A stretch of DNA of 64,000 nt. Source: Candidatus Mycalebacterium zealandia. GTDB taxonomy: Bacteria > Desulfobacterota_D > UBA1144 > Nemesobacterales > Mycalebacteriaceae. The translations under genes and the position numbers were made by a program. Location of the stretch: contig CP046180.1 of the NCBI GenBank assembly GCA_014075295.1, forward strand, positions 954,458 through 1,018,457, given 5' to 3'. The notes beneath the pieces are model-generated. The model had not been told where the DNA came from and made no database searches. It was given only the letters and a program-made list of their open reading frames with translations. Position 1 is the first letter of the stretch; the number at the start of each line of letters is the position of its first letter. Shown in pieces: positions 1 through 8,979 of this stretch.

Positions 1-491
1 TTCACTATGATGCTTTTGTCCGGAAACTCCTCCGCCATTTGAGGCATAAGTTCGGAAATGTGATTCCAAAGCCCTTTGATTCCCCTGTATTGGTCGTGCA
101 TCTCACCCGGAAAATCAAGCGAAATGGCTATCTGATCCATTCCGGCGTCAAAAAGTTCGCGCGCCTTGCCGATGTCAAGCAGGTCGCCTTTGGTAACCAT
201 TGAGGTGAAAATGTAAATGGAAGTCTCTTTGATTTGGCTGAAAATGTCCGGGAGGTCTTTCCTGAGCATTGGCTCGCCGCCGGTTACAACCGTAACAAGC
301 GGGTTGATTTTCCGCATCACGGGTCGGTAGTCGTCAAGGCGGACTTCGTGGCGCGTCTGCCAGTAATCACAAAAATCGCAGGTCGCGTTACAAAGTTTTG
401 TAACTTCAAGATTCGCAAGTATGGGTCTTCCGGAAGCTCTGGAGTAAGCGTATTTCGCTATACCGGCCGCACCTTCTCTAATCGAAAGCAT
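1..491 (-). CDS. radical SAM domain protein, N-terminal part; the gene continues past the window start
   Basis: Minus-strand reading frame from ATG 489-491 encodes MLSIREGAAG...LEVTKLCNATCDFCDYW (CxxxCxxC Fe-S/SAM motif) followed by a GGEP motif. No stop before position 1. Not listed in the ORF track, presumably because it is truncated. Confidence 0.7.
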   Translation of the reverse strand, partial: MLSIREGAAGIAKYAYSRASGRPILANLEVTKLCNATCDFCDYWQTRHEVRLDDYRPVMRKINPLVTVVTGGEPMLRKDLPDIFSQIKETSIYIFTSMVTKGDLLDIGKARELFDAGMDQIAISLDFPGEMHDQYRGIKGLWNHISELMPQMAEEFPDKSIIV

Positions 492-574
492 TGTTGCAGA
501 ATATCATACGAGCGGAGCCGTTTCAATCAATAACTCCTTGCGGGCAATCTCGCGCGCCTGTTACAATCTGGCTA

Positions 575-2134
575 ATGAAAGCCGCTACAAGAGAGGAAAT
601 ACGCGAGATAGACAGAGCGTCGGTTGATGAGCACGGGATTTCCGTAAACGTGCTTATGGAAAACGCCGGGCGCGCCGTTTGTCTGGCGGCGGAAAGAAAA
701 TTTCCCGAAGCCCGGAAAATAGCCGTTGTCTGCGGAGGCGGCAACAACGGCGGAGACGGCTTTGTCGCCGCGCGGCATCTGGCGGCCAAGGGAAAGAAAG
801 TTACCGTTTACACTTCAAAAAAAACAGCCGAATACTCAAAACAACCCCTTGAAAACCTGAAGTCCGCGGAAAAAAGCGGAATTCCAATCGTTGAAATTGG
901 AAAAGACCCGAAAAAAACACTGGAGAAAAAGATTGTCGGATGCGACCTCATAATTGACGCTCTGCTCGGCACGGGACTTGAATCCGAAGTTCGCGCGGCG
1001 GATGCCGGATTGATAGATTTCATCAACGCTTCAAAATGCCCGTGTCTTTCGGTGGATGTTCCGTCCGGCATAGACTCAAACACCGGAGCCGTTCTTGGCA
1101 AAGCCGTCAAAGCGGACGCGACCGTAACCTTCGTGGTTCCAAAAGTGGGCATATCCATTCACCCGGGGGTTGAGCACGCGGGCGAGATTTTTGTCGCGGG
1201 AATTACAACCCCTCCCCGTTTGGAAGAGAGAATCGCCTGCGAAATTACCACTTACCAGACCTGCGCCGGACTGTTGCATCCGCGAGCGGACGACTCCCAC
1301 AAGGGCACATACGGACACACGCTTGTTCTCGCGGGAGGCGTGGGGAAATCCGGCGCGGCGGTTCTCGCGACCGAAGCGGCGGTCAACGCGGGCTCGGGGC
1401 TTGTAACTCTCGGAGTTCCGAAAAGCGTCCACGCGTCCGCCGAACAGAAAGTTGTTGAGGCAATGAGCGAGCCGATTAAGGAATCGGACGGATGTTTCGG
1501 AGAGCCGTCCGTGCAAAAAGCGAAGGAAATACTGTCGGGCAAAAGCGCTCTTGTAACCGGTCCGGGAATCTCAACATCTGAGCAGACCGCGTTTTTTCTG
1601 TCCGAAATTGTGGCGGCGGCTTCCTGCCCAATCGTCATAGACGCTGACGGCTTGAATATAGCGGCTGAAAATCCCGGCATCTTTGACAAAATCCGGGGCG
1701 AAACCGTGTTGACGCCCCACCCCGCCGAGATGGCGCGGCTCTGCGGAAAAACCACCTCGGACATACAGGCGGACAGAATTGGCTCCGCGCGCGAATTGGC
1801 GGCGCGAACCGGCTGCTTTGTAGTTCTAAAGGGCGCACGAACCGTAACGGCTTGCCCGCAAGGCGCTGTTTTTATAAACCCTACGGGCAATCCCGCAATG
1901 GCTTCTGGCGGAATGGGTGACGTTCTTGCCGGGATTATCGGCGGACTTCTCGCTCAAGGGTACTGCGCGCGGGACGCTTGTATTCTTGGAGTTTTCGCGC
2001 ATGGGCTCGCAGGAGACATTGCGGCGCGACAGTCCGGCGGAGTGGCGGTCAGAGCGGGCGCGGTGTCCGGAGTTTTGTCCGCGGCTTTCGCCGCAATCGC
2101 AAAAGCGGACGGACAGTTTTTCACGGTCATTTGA
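575..2134 (+). CDS. nnr: bifunctional NAD(P)H-hydrate epimerase/dehydratase (YjeF_N + YjeF_C)
   Basis: Track ORF 491..2134 trimmed to ATG 575 (MKAATREEIREIDR). The N-terminal half has GGGNNGGDG (YjeF_N); the C-terminal half has a carbohydrate-kinase-like dehydratase region (GPG, GGMGDVLAG). Confidence 0.85.
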   Translation: MKAATREEIREIDRASVDEHGISVNVLMENAGRAVCLAAERKFPEARKIAVVCGGGNNGGDGFVAARHLAAKGKKVTVYTSKKTAEYSKQPLENLKSAEKSGIPIVEIGKDPKKTLEKKIVGCDLIIDALLGTGLESEVRAADAGLIDFINASKCPCLSVDVPSGIDSNTGAVLGKAVKADATVTFVVPKVGISIHPGVEHAGEIFVAGITTPPRLEERIACEITTYQTCAGLLHPRADDSHKGTYGHTLVLAGGVGKSGAAVLATEAAVNAGSGLVTLGVPKSVHASAEQKVVEAMSEPIKESDGCFGEPSVQKAKEILSGKSALVTGPGISTSEQTAFFLSEIVAAASCPIVIDADGLNIAAENPGIFDKIRGETVLTPHPAEMARLCGKTTSDIQADRIGSARELAARTGCFVVLKGARTVTACPQGAVFINPTGNPAMASGGMGDVLAGIIGGLLAQGYCARDACILGVFAHGLAGDIAARQSGGVAVRAGAVSGVLSAAFAAIAKADGQFFTVI

Positions 2135-2147
2135 GGTTTTTGCGGTT

Positions 2148-2597
2148 TTGAAAGGAGAAACGAAAGTTATCACGTCCAACGAGGAGGAAACCGAAAACCT
2201 CGGACGCAAAATCGCGGCGGATTTAAACGTAGGAGACGCGGTTCTGCTCTACGGCGGACTCGGAGCGGGAAAAACTGTTATCGCAAGGGGAATAGCGCGT
2301 GGGCTTGGCGTGGAAGAAATTGTCGCAAGCCCGACTTTTGTAATTATGAACCGCTATGAAACGCGCCTCCCGAATATGCCGCTTTTCCATTTTGACCTTT
2401 ACAGAAATCCCGCGCCCGATGAATTTGCCGGACTCGGTTTTGCGGACATCTTCGCCGGGGAAGGTGTAACCGTGGTTGAATGGGCGGAAAATCTGCCACC
2501 GGGGTTTGCGCGGGACACGGTCAAAATTGAAATCGCGCTTTCAGAAAAAAACACAAACGGACGCGAGATTAAAATCTCCACGCGGAAACAGCCCTAA
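2148..2597 (+). CDS. tsaE: tRNA threonylcarbamoyladenosine biosynthesis ATPase TsaE
   Basis: Walker A LLYGGLGAGKT and the HFDLYR motif are present. The track ORF 1917.. overlaps nnr and was rejected. The likely TTG start at 2148 lies after a GAGG element; the exact start is uncertain. Confidence 0.65.
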   Translation: MKGETKVITSNEEETENLGRKIAADLNVGDAVLLYGGLGAGKTVIARGIARGLGVEEIVASPTFVIMNRYETRLPNMPLFHFDLYRNPAPDEFAGLGFADIFAGEGVTVVEWAENLPPGFARDTVKIEIALSEKNTNGREIKISTRKQP

Positions 2598-3314
2598 TCA
2601 GGCAAGCGACAGCAAATGCCGTGACAGTTCCTCAACTGCGGACATTGCCGGCGAGTGGTCCGTGTCTATCGTGAACACGGGGTCGCAAGGCAACGCGCTT
2701 TGCATCATACGCTGACTTTTGATACTGAAAGTGCGATCTTTTGAACATTCAACATAGGCGCGTTTGACACTGCCAAAATTCCCGTCGCTTATTTCAACCG
2801 GCGTGACCAGAGGAGCCAGCGCCTGTTTTGTGAGAAGCAATTTCGCTTGAGCGACATCTTCGTCCGAACACTGCGCGTAAAGCGCGGGCTTTATCATGTC
2901 ATCTTTGAGGAGAACGGTTTTTTCGTCTTCGGAAACAACAAGGTTGGGAGGAACAAGCGACTCTTCGTCTTTGCTTATGACATCATGCAAACTTTGACCG
3001 TTTTGCAACAGAACCGCCGCCACGTAAACAAGAGTCCGTATTTTGTCCGGACGCCTTTCCGCCACCTGACTTATAATACAGCCCGCCATGCTGTGCCCGA
3101 CCAGAACCACCGGTTCTTTCGCCCGGTCAAGTTGGTCGCAGACGCTGTTGACATAAGCTTCCAGAGTGGCATCTTCGGGTGGCGTCGTATCTTTTCCATG
3201 ACCGGGCAAATCACGCGCTTCCACACTGTGCTCCGCCACTTCAAGCAGAGGTGTCAATTTGTTCCAACACCAACTGCCGTGCCAAGCTCCGTGAACGAGA
3301 ATATAAGAACTCAT
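2598..3314 (-). CDS. alpha/beta hydrolase (methylesterase-like)
   Basis: GHSMAG nucleophile-elbow motif; N-terminal HGAWHGSWCW is typical of the SABP2/methylesterase class; 238 aa. Confidence 0.8.
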   Translation of the reverse strand: MSSYILVHGAWHGSWCWNKLTPLLEVAEHSVEARDLPGHGKDTTPPEDATLEAYVNSVCDQLDRAKEPVVLVGHSMAGCIISQVAERRPDKIRTLVYVAAVLLQNGQSLHDVISKDEESLVPPNLVVSEDEKTVLLKDDMIKPALYAQCSDEDVAQAKLLLTKQALAPLVTPVEISDGNFGSVKRAYVECSKDRTFSIKSQRMMQSALPCDPVFTIDTDHSPAMSAVEELSRHLLSLA

Positions 3315-3472
3315 AAAGATTTCCTCCCGGTGGATGAATACCTGACTACTTTACATACTTTTGTGGAAAACGGGGGAACCGCCGCTTTCCGAATGGCTTT
3401 CATACATCGGGAAATCTCCTCTAATCACGCCGGACACTGTTATAATAAGCCCTTTAACAAATGGGTAGAACA

Positions 3473-4717
3473 ATGAGTCTCGTGGTTCAAAAATACGGCG
3501 GAGCAAGCGTTTCCAACATCGGCTCCATAGGAAAGGTCGCGGAAAACATTATCAAGCGCGCAAAACAGGGCAACCGTATTGTGGCGGTTGTGTCCGCGAT
3601 GGCGGGCGAGACCGACCGGCTCACAAACCTTGCACGCAAAATTATGGACCCGCCAGACCGGCGCGAACTTGATGTCATTATCTCAAGCGGAGAGCAGGTT
3701 TCTTCGGGGCTTTTGTGCATGAAAATAAAGTCACTCGGGCATGAAGCGGTTTCTTTCCAGGGACATCAGGTTCGTGTTACAACTAACAATGTGTTCAGCG
3801 GCGCGAAGATAAAAACCATTGACGACAGAAAAATCAGAGAAGCGCTTGATTCGGGAATGGTTGTTGTAATCGCCGGATTTCAGGGCGTTGACGATGATGG
3901 AAACGTTACAACTCTGGGCAGAGGAGGCTCGGATTTGACCGCGGTCGCGGTCGCATCCGTTCTCGACGCAGATTCCTGCGAACTCTACAAGGATGTTGCC
4001 GGAATCTTCTCCGCAGACCCTCTGGTGTGCAAAGATGCGCGAAAGCTGGATAAAATCTGCTACGAAGAGATGCTCGAAATGGCGAGCGCCGGCTCAAAAG
4101 TTCTTCAGGCAAGAGCGGTTGAGCACGCAAGCAAATTCTCAATTCCCCTTCATGTGCGTCCCATGAACACGCCGGAAAAAGAAGGGACGCTGGTTATGGA
4201 GGAAAGTTCGATGGAGTCAATGGAAGAGGCGATAATCTCAGGTGTGAGTTCGGACAAAAATCAGGCGAAACTTACAATCGCGGATGTTCCCGATCAGCCG
4301 GGAATCGCCGCGAAAATCTTCTCGGTTCTTGCGAGCGAAGACATATCGGTGGACATGATTGTTCAAAACATCAGTCATGACGGAGTCAACGACGTTACCT
4401 TCACGGTTCCGCGCGTGGAATTCAAAAGAGCCTCAAAAGCGACTCGCAAACTGTCAAAGGAAATCGGCGCAAGGCAGGTGGAATCCGAAGACAACATAGC
4501 GAAAATCTCACTCATCGGCATCGGAATGAGGTCTCATTCGGGAGTGGCTTCCAGAATGTTCAAAACGCTCGCGCGTGAGAAAATCAACATAATGATGATA
4601 AGCACTTCGGAAATAAAAATCTCGTGCATAGTGCAGGAGAGAGAAACCGCACGCGCCGTGCGCGCGCTTCATGACGAATTTTTCGGCGGAAAAAAGAAAA
4701 GCGGAAAGAAAAAATGA
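3473..4717 (+). CDS. lysC: aspartate kinase
   Basis: MSLVVQKYGGASV N-terminus, the amino-acid kinase fold and two C-terminal ACT domains. ATG 3473 is preferred over 3461 by homology. Confidence 0.9.
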   Translation: MSLVVQKYGGASVSNIGSIGKVAENIIKRAKQGNRIVAVVSAMAGETDRLTNLARKIMDPPDRRELDVIISSGEQVSSGLLCMKIKSLGHEAVSFQGHQVRVTTNNVFSGAKIKTIDDRKIREALDSGMVVVIAGFQGVDDDGNVTTLGRGGSDLTAVAVASVLDADSCELYKDVAGIFSADPLVCKDARKLDKICYEEMLEMASAGSKVLQARAVEHASKFSIPLHVRPMNTPEKEGTLVMEESSMESMEEAIISGVSSDKNQAKLTIADVPDQPGIAAKIFSVLASEDISVDMIVQNISHDGVNDVTFTVPRVEFKRASKATRKLSKEIGARQVESEDNIAKISLIGIGMRSHSGVASRMFKTLAREKINIMMISTSEIKISCIVQERETARAVRALHDEFFGGKKKSGKKK

Positions 4718-6294
4718 GCGAAACCGTTGAAATATACGATGTAACACTGAGGGACGGCACTCAAGGCGAAGACATATCGTTTTCGGTTGAGGGAAAACTC
4801 CAAATCACGGAGAAACTCGCCGACCTCGGCGTCAATTACATAGAAGGCGGCTGGCCCGGCTCAAACGACCGCGACAGGGAGTATTTTGAGCGCGCCCTCA
4901 AACTGAACACGGCAAACGCGAAAGTAAGCGCTTTTTCAAGCACCCGCCGCGCCGGAGTTTCGTGCGAAGGGGACGCCAACATTCAGTCGCTTCTTCAAAC
5001 CGGCGTTTCAGTTGCGGCGATTGTGGGCAAAAGTTGGGATTTTCAGGTTGAAACTGTCCTGGAAACCACCGAAGACGAGAACCTCGCGATGATAAGCGAC
5101 ACCGTGGAATATCTTAAAGAGAGAATGGAAACAGTGTTTTTTGACGCGGAGCATTTTTTTGACGGTTTCAAGGCAAACCCGGATTACGCAATTGCCGCCG
5201 CGCGTGCGGCGATTGATGCCGGCGCCGATGCCGTTGTGATGTGCGACACAAACGGCGGCTCAATGCCGTGGGAGGTTGAGCAAACCGTGTTGGAAACGAA
5301 AAAACTGCTCGGCGGAGACCCGCCTCTGGGAATCCACTTCCACAACGACACCGAAAATGGAGTTGCCAATACACTGTACGCCATCAAAAACGGAGTTCGC
5401 CATGTGCAAGGAACAATGAACGGCTACGGCGAGAGGTGCGGAAACGCCAACCTCTGTTCAATCATACCGAACATCTGCTTCAAACTTGGAATGGACTGCA
5501 TCACAAACGGTAAAGTGGAAAAACTTTATGAGACCGCTCATTTCATCAACGAACTCGCCAACCTCAACCCTCTGAAGAAAAAAGCGTTTGTCGGCGCAAG
5601 CGCTTTCGCGCACAAAGGAGGGCTTCACGCGAGCGCGGTTCGCAAAAACCCCGAAACATACGAACACATAGATCCCTCTCTTGTGGGAAACCGCAGAAGA
5701 GTACTGGTTTCAGACCTTTCGGGCAGAGCAAACATCATTTCAAAAGCGGCGGAGTTCGGAGTGGAGATAGATTCAAACGACAAACGGGTTGTGGAAATCC
5801 TGCAAAATCTCAAAGAGTTGGAAAACAAGGGATACGAATTTGAAAGGGCCGGAGCGTCATTTGAACTTCTTGTGAGAAAACATCTGGGCTTGTATAAAAA
5901 ACTTTTCTTTGTGGAAAACATCAAAACCGCCGTTGAGCGTGAGGGCAGAGACGGCAAGCCCATATCGTCCGCGGAAGTTTCAGTCAAGGTTGATGAGAAA
6001 TTTGAAAAAGTGAAAGCGCTCGGAAACGGACCCGTGAACGCGCTTGACAAAGCGTTGCGGGAGGCGCTTGAAAGGTTTTTTCCCACGATTCGGGAAATGA
6101 CGCTCAAAGACTACAAAGTGCGCGTAGTGTCGTCCATCAAGGGCACAGACTCGGTGGTGCGGGTTCTTGTTGAATCGGGAGACGGCACAACCGTCTGGAA
6201 TACGGTGGGCGTCTCGGAAAATGTGGTTGAAGCAAGTTGGAAAGCACTCATAGACAGCATTGATTACAAACTGCTCAAAGACGCGCTCTCCTGA
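4714..6294 (+). CDS. cimA: (R)-citramalate synthase / 2-isopropylmalate synthase family protein
   Basis: VEIYDVTLRDGTQGEDISFS and the HxH..D TIM-barrel motifs, plus a LeuA-type C-terminal regulatory domain, in a 526-aa protein of CimA-like length. Its start overlaps the lysC stop (ATGA). Confidence 0.75.
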   Translation: MSETVEIYDVTLRDGTQGEDISFSVEGKLQITEKLADLGVNYIEGGWPGSNDRDREYFERALKLNTANAKVSAFSSTRRAGVSCEGDANIQSLLQTGVSVAAIVGKSWDFQVETVLETTEDENLAMISDTVEYLKERMETVFFDAEHFFDGFKANPDYAIAAARAAIDAGADAVVMCDTNGGSMPWEVEQTVLETKKLLGGDPPLGIHFHNDTENGVANTLYAIKNGVRHVQGTMNGYGERCGNANLCSIIPNICFKLGMDCITNGKVEKLYETAHFINELANLNPLKKKAFVGASAFAHKGGLHASAVRKNPETYEHIDPSLVGNRRRVLVSDLSGRANIISKAAEFGVEIDSNDKRVVEILQNLKELENKGYEFERAGASFELLVRKHLGLYKKLFFVENIKTAVEREGRDGKPISSAEVSVKVDEKFEKVKALGNGPVNALDKALREALERFFPTIREMTLKDYKVRVVSSIKGTDSVVRVLVESGDGTTVWNTVGVSENVVEASWKALIDSIDYKLLKDALS

Positions 6295-6301
6295 ACCCCC
6301 G

Positions 6302-7147
6302 TTATGAAACCGCGCTTTTAAGTCTGTTCCACTCTTTGATGTAATTGTTCAGATGATTGCATCCTGAAGCGGCTTGGATTTCAATCATTTCCATAACAAG
6401 TTCCTGCTCACGCGCGTATTGGTCAGCGTTAAAGAATCCTCCGAAGTGCGCGAAACGTAGCCACAAAAGATAGGTCGTCAGAGCGTCAAACTCGTTGTAT
6501 CTGACTATGTCGTCAATCCGTCCTTCAAGCCACATCGGAGCGACTTCGTTGCCGTCAACACCCATCTTGCCCGGAATACCCGAAAGCCGCGCGAGCTCAT
6601 TGAGTGAAGGCGTTGATTTGTTGCCGCCCACTATGTTCATCATATCCACGTTCCATTCGCTGAAACCGGAAAAATAGTCCGCGCCTTCCCACGGTTTGTC
6701 CGGTCTTTTCGCGAAAGACGGAATGGAAAGCCCGTTTGTAACGGCTCTCTGCACAAGAATTCTCAGGTCCGCACGCACCGAGTTGTAGCCAACCACTTGA
6801 GGTTTGTGTTTGCCGACAGATTCAAGAAAATCGCGGATTATACGGTTTTCGCTCTTTTTGTCTTCCGCAGTCTCGCCAATTTGCGGAAGCGAATGGAGAT
6901 GAACCGTAACATCCTCTCCTTCTTTTTTTCTTGAAACCATTGAGAGGGAAACAACTTTGCACAGAATGGTTTTTAAAAAAGGTCTGGGGTTTTCATCGGT
7001 CGCCCCTCCTCTTTTCCACATCTCGCCCATAACCTCGGCGTCCGGCATATCCTCCGGCAGGTCATAAACAAGCCGTCCGGCAAGCGGGTCAGGAACCCAC
7101 TCAACATCAAAAGCCCATACCTTGTTGTGAACGGATTTGAACATCCG
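6302..7147 (-). CDS. DnaQ/PolB-like 3'-5' exonuclease domain protein
   Basis: Exo motifs FDVEW (ExoI), VGYNSVRADL (ExoII) and YNEFDALTTYLL (ExoIII). Track ORF trimmed to ATG 7147 (MFKSVHNKVWAFDVEW). Confidence 0.6.
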   Translation of the reverse strand, partial: RMFKSVHNKVWAFDVEWVPDPLAGRLVYDLPEDMPDAEVMGEMWKRGGATDENPRPFLKTILCKVVSLSMVSRKKEGEDVTVHLHSLPQIGETAEDKKSENRIIRDFLESVGKHKPQVVGYNSVRADLRILVQRAVTNGLSIPSFAKRPDKPWEGADYFSGFSEWNVDMMNIVGGNKSTPSLNELARLSGIPGKMGVDGNEVAPMWLEGRIDDIVRYNEFDALTTYLLWLRFAHFGGFFNADQYAREQELVMEMIEIQAASGCNHLNNYIKEWNRLKSAVS

Positions 7148-7151
7148 CGTT

Positions 7152-7373
7152 TCAGGATTTGTCTCTGCCCATATGGCGCAGACAGGTTGAAAGCGCAAGC
7201 ATAGTGGGAGCCCAGAGCCCCACAAAGATACCGAGACGCTCCGCAGACGCTCTAACCTCAATCTCTCCGCTCATTCCACCCTGAAAGAACCATGCGCTCA
7301 GAGAAAGAACAATTGAGACAATCCCGCCGAAGAAAAACAGTTTGCTAAGAAACATGTAGTTTGATTTGCTCAT
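7152..7373 (-). CDS. small hypothetical membrane protein (two predicted TM helices)
   Basis: A 73-aa ORF ending 4 nt upstream of the exonuclease gene, with two hydrophobic helices (LSKLFFFGGIVSIVLSLSAWFF and LGIFVGLWAPTMLAL). No recognised family. Confidence 0.35.
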   Translation of the reverse strand: MSKSNYMFLSKLFFFGGIVSIVLSLSAWFFQGGMSGEIEVRASAERLGIFVGLWAPTMLALSTCLRHMGRDKS

Positions 7374-7480
7374 TGAAAGAAACCCCCGTTTCTGAATATA
7401 AATACTAAATTGAAAATGGCAAAAGCCGCACCACTCCGAATTTCATATGAGTAATCTTTGAATTTGAAAATGAATATCCG

Positions 7481-7568
7481 CGGAGAGGGAGGGATTCGAA
7501 CCCTCGATACCCTTGTGAGGTATACTCGCTTAGCAGGCGAGCGCCTTCAACCGCTCGGCCACCTCTCC
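7481..7568 (-). tRNA. tRNA-Ser (GCU)
   Basis: Minus-strand sequence GGAGAGGUGGCCGAGCGGUUGAAGGCG...CUGCUAA...long variable arm...GGUUCGAAUCCCUCCCUCUCCG. Seven-bp acceptor stem, T-loop TTCGAAT, anticodon GCT. Confidence 0.85.
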
Positions 7569-7593
7569 GGTTGGAAAGTTATTCTAACAGAAA

Positions 7594-8979
7594 CTACTCA
7601 TTCGTCCCAAAAGAGATCTCAAGCAGGCGAAGTACGGATTTCCCGCCGTTTTTGACACGCAAAGGAACGTCTTCGGGAATTTCAAGCAAATCCCCTTCCG
7701 ACAAAACTACGCTCTTGTTCGCGAGCGTTGCTGTCGCTTCGCCTTCAAGAACAATCAGACGGCCGGCCGGGGGGTCCGGCTCATACTCCATTTTTTTCTC
7801 AACAGTAACGCTCTTAACCGAAAAACCGCATCCCTTTTCAATTGTTTCTTCAGAACCCCAACCGTGTCTGGAAGAAAAAGGGCGCAGAGCTTCGGGTCTT
7901 TTTTCGCTGATTAGCGTGTCAACAACGGATTTGATTTCCCCGCTGCTTTTTATGTCGGAAACAAACAAAGCGTCCTGCTCTGAGACAATTGCGACATCCT
8001 TCAGTCCGTGAACAACAACCAGCCGCCCGTCGCCGCGAACAAGACAGTTTTCGGACTCCTGAATCACAACATCCCCGCTCAAAGCGTTGCCGCTTGAGTC
8101 CTTTTCCGAAAGGTTGTAGACGGACTCCCACGAACCAACGTCATTCCATCCGAAACTTGCCGGAATAACCGCTCCCAAATCAGTCTTTTCCATGACGGCA
8201 CAATCTATTGATATGTTGGGAGACCGCGCGTAACTCTCCGCATCCGTAACGCCAAAAGAGTTCTCTTTTGAAAGCGCTTTGCGCACCGATGAAAAAACCT
8301 TCGGAGCGTGTTTTTTCATCTCCTCCATCATAACCCGCCCTTTGAAAACAAAGATTCCGCAGTTCCACAAAAAAGAGTCCTTCACATACTTGCGTGCGGT
8401 CTGTAAGTTGGGCTTTTCAACAAACTGCTTTATCTTGAAAACCTTTCCCGAACCATCGTCCGTGTCCACGCCCTTTTCAATATAGCCGTATCCTGTTTCG
8501 GGCCGGGTCGGCGTGGCGCCGATTGTGATTATCAGCCCTTTTTCCGCCGCGGCAATCGCGGTTTTCAAAGCGTGAGACAACTGTTTTTTGTTGCCGATTA
8601 AATGATCGGACGGGGAAACCACAAAAATCGCGTCCTCATCTTCTTCTTCAAATTCGCGCAAAACGCTCATAACTCCCAGAGTGATTGCCGGAGCGGTGTT
8701 TCTTGAAAGCGGCTCGGTTGAAATGTGCGCTTTAACCGGACCAAGATGAGAACGAAGAGCCTTTTCATGTGGCGCACCCGCAAGCACAGTGATTTCAGAC
8801 AGAAAATCAAGCGATGAAAAAAGACCGACCGCCCCCCGGAGAAGGGAATCGCGCCCTTGCAGACTAAAAAGAGGTTTGGGGTAAAACCGCCGCGAAGAGG
8901 GCCAGAGCCTCTTACCGTCTCCACCCGCCATGAGCAGGCAAAAAACGCGCGAATTTTCAGATTGTTCAGTTTCGTTCAC
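7594..8979 (-). CDS. manC: mannose-1-phosphate guanylyltransferase / mannose-6-phosphate isomerase
   Basis: An N-terminal nucleotidyltransferase domain (LLMAGGDGKRLWP) plus a C-terminal cupin domain; 461 aa. Confidence 0.85.
   Translation of the reverse strand: MNETEQSENSRVFCLLMAGGDGKRLWPSSRRFYPKPLFSLQGRDSLLRGAVGLFSSLDFLSEITVLAGAPHEKALRSHLGPVKAHISTEPLSRNTAPAITLGVMSVLREFEEEDEDAIFVVSPSDHLIGNKKQLSHALKTAIAAAEKGLIITIGATPTRPETGYGYIEKGVDTDDGSGKVFKIKQFVEKPNLQTARKYVKDSFLWNCGIFVFKGRVMMEEMKKHAPKVFSSVRKALSKENSFGVTDAESYARSPNISIDCAVMEKTDLGAVIPASFGWNDVGSWESVYNLSEKDSSGNALSGDVVIQESENCLVRGDGRLVVVHGLKDVAIVSEQDALFVSDIKSSGEIKSVVDTLISEKRPEALRPFSSRHGWGSEETIEKGCGFSVKSVTVEKKMEYEPDPPAGRLIVLEGEATATLANKSVVLSEGDLLEIPEDVPLRVKNGGKSVLRLLEISFGTNE

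Noticed and set aside
1917-2597. A 226-aa ORF overlaps the last 218 bp of nnr.
   Set aside because: Only the C-terminal roughly 150 aa is TsaE. The upstream part is the out-of-frame overlap with nnr, and the start was reassigned to about 2148.
3315-3472. A possible lysine riboswitch or leader in the divergent spacer upstream of lysC.
   Set aside because: No L-box-like conserved cores could be recognised by eye. This was left uncalled and needs an Rfam scan.
7458-7655. Plus-strand 65-aa ORFs (7458..7655), together with 14098..14286 and 42254..42454, lie over RNA genes.
   Set aside because: They are antisense or overlapping reads of tRNA-Ser, of tRNA-Leu/Lys and of tmRNA respectively, and are not protein-coding.
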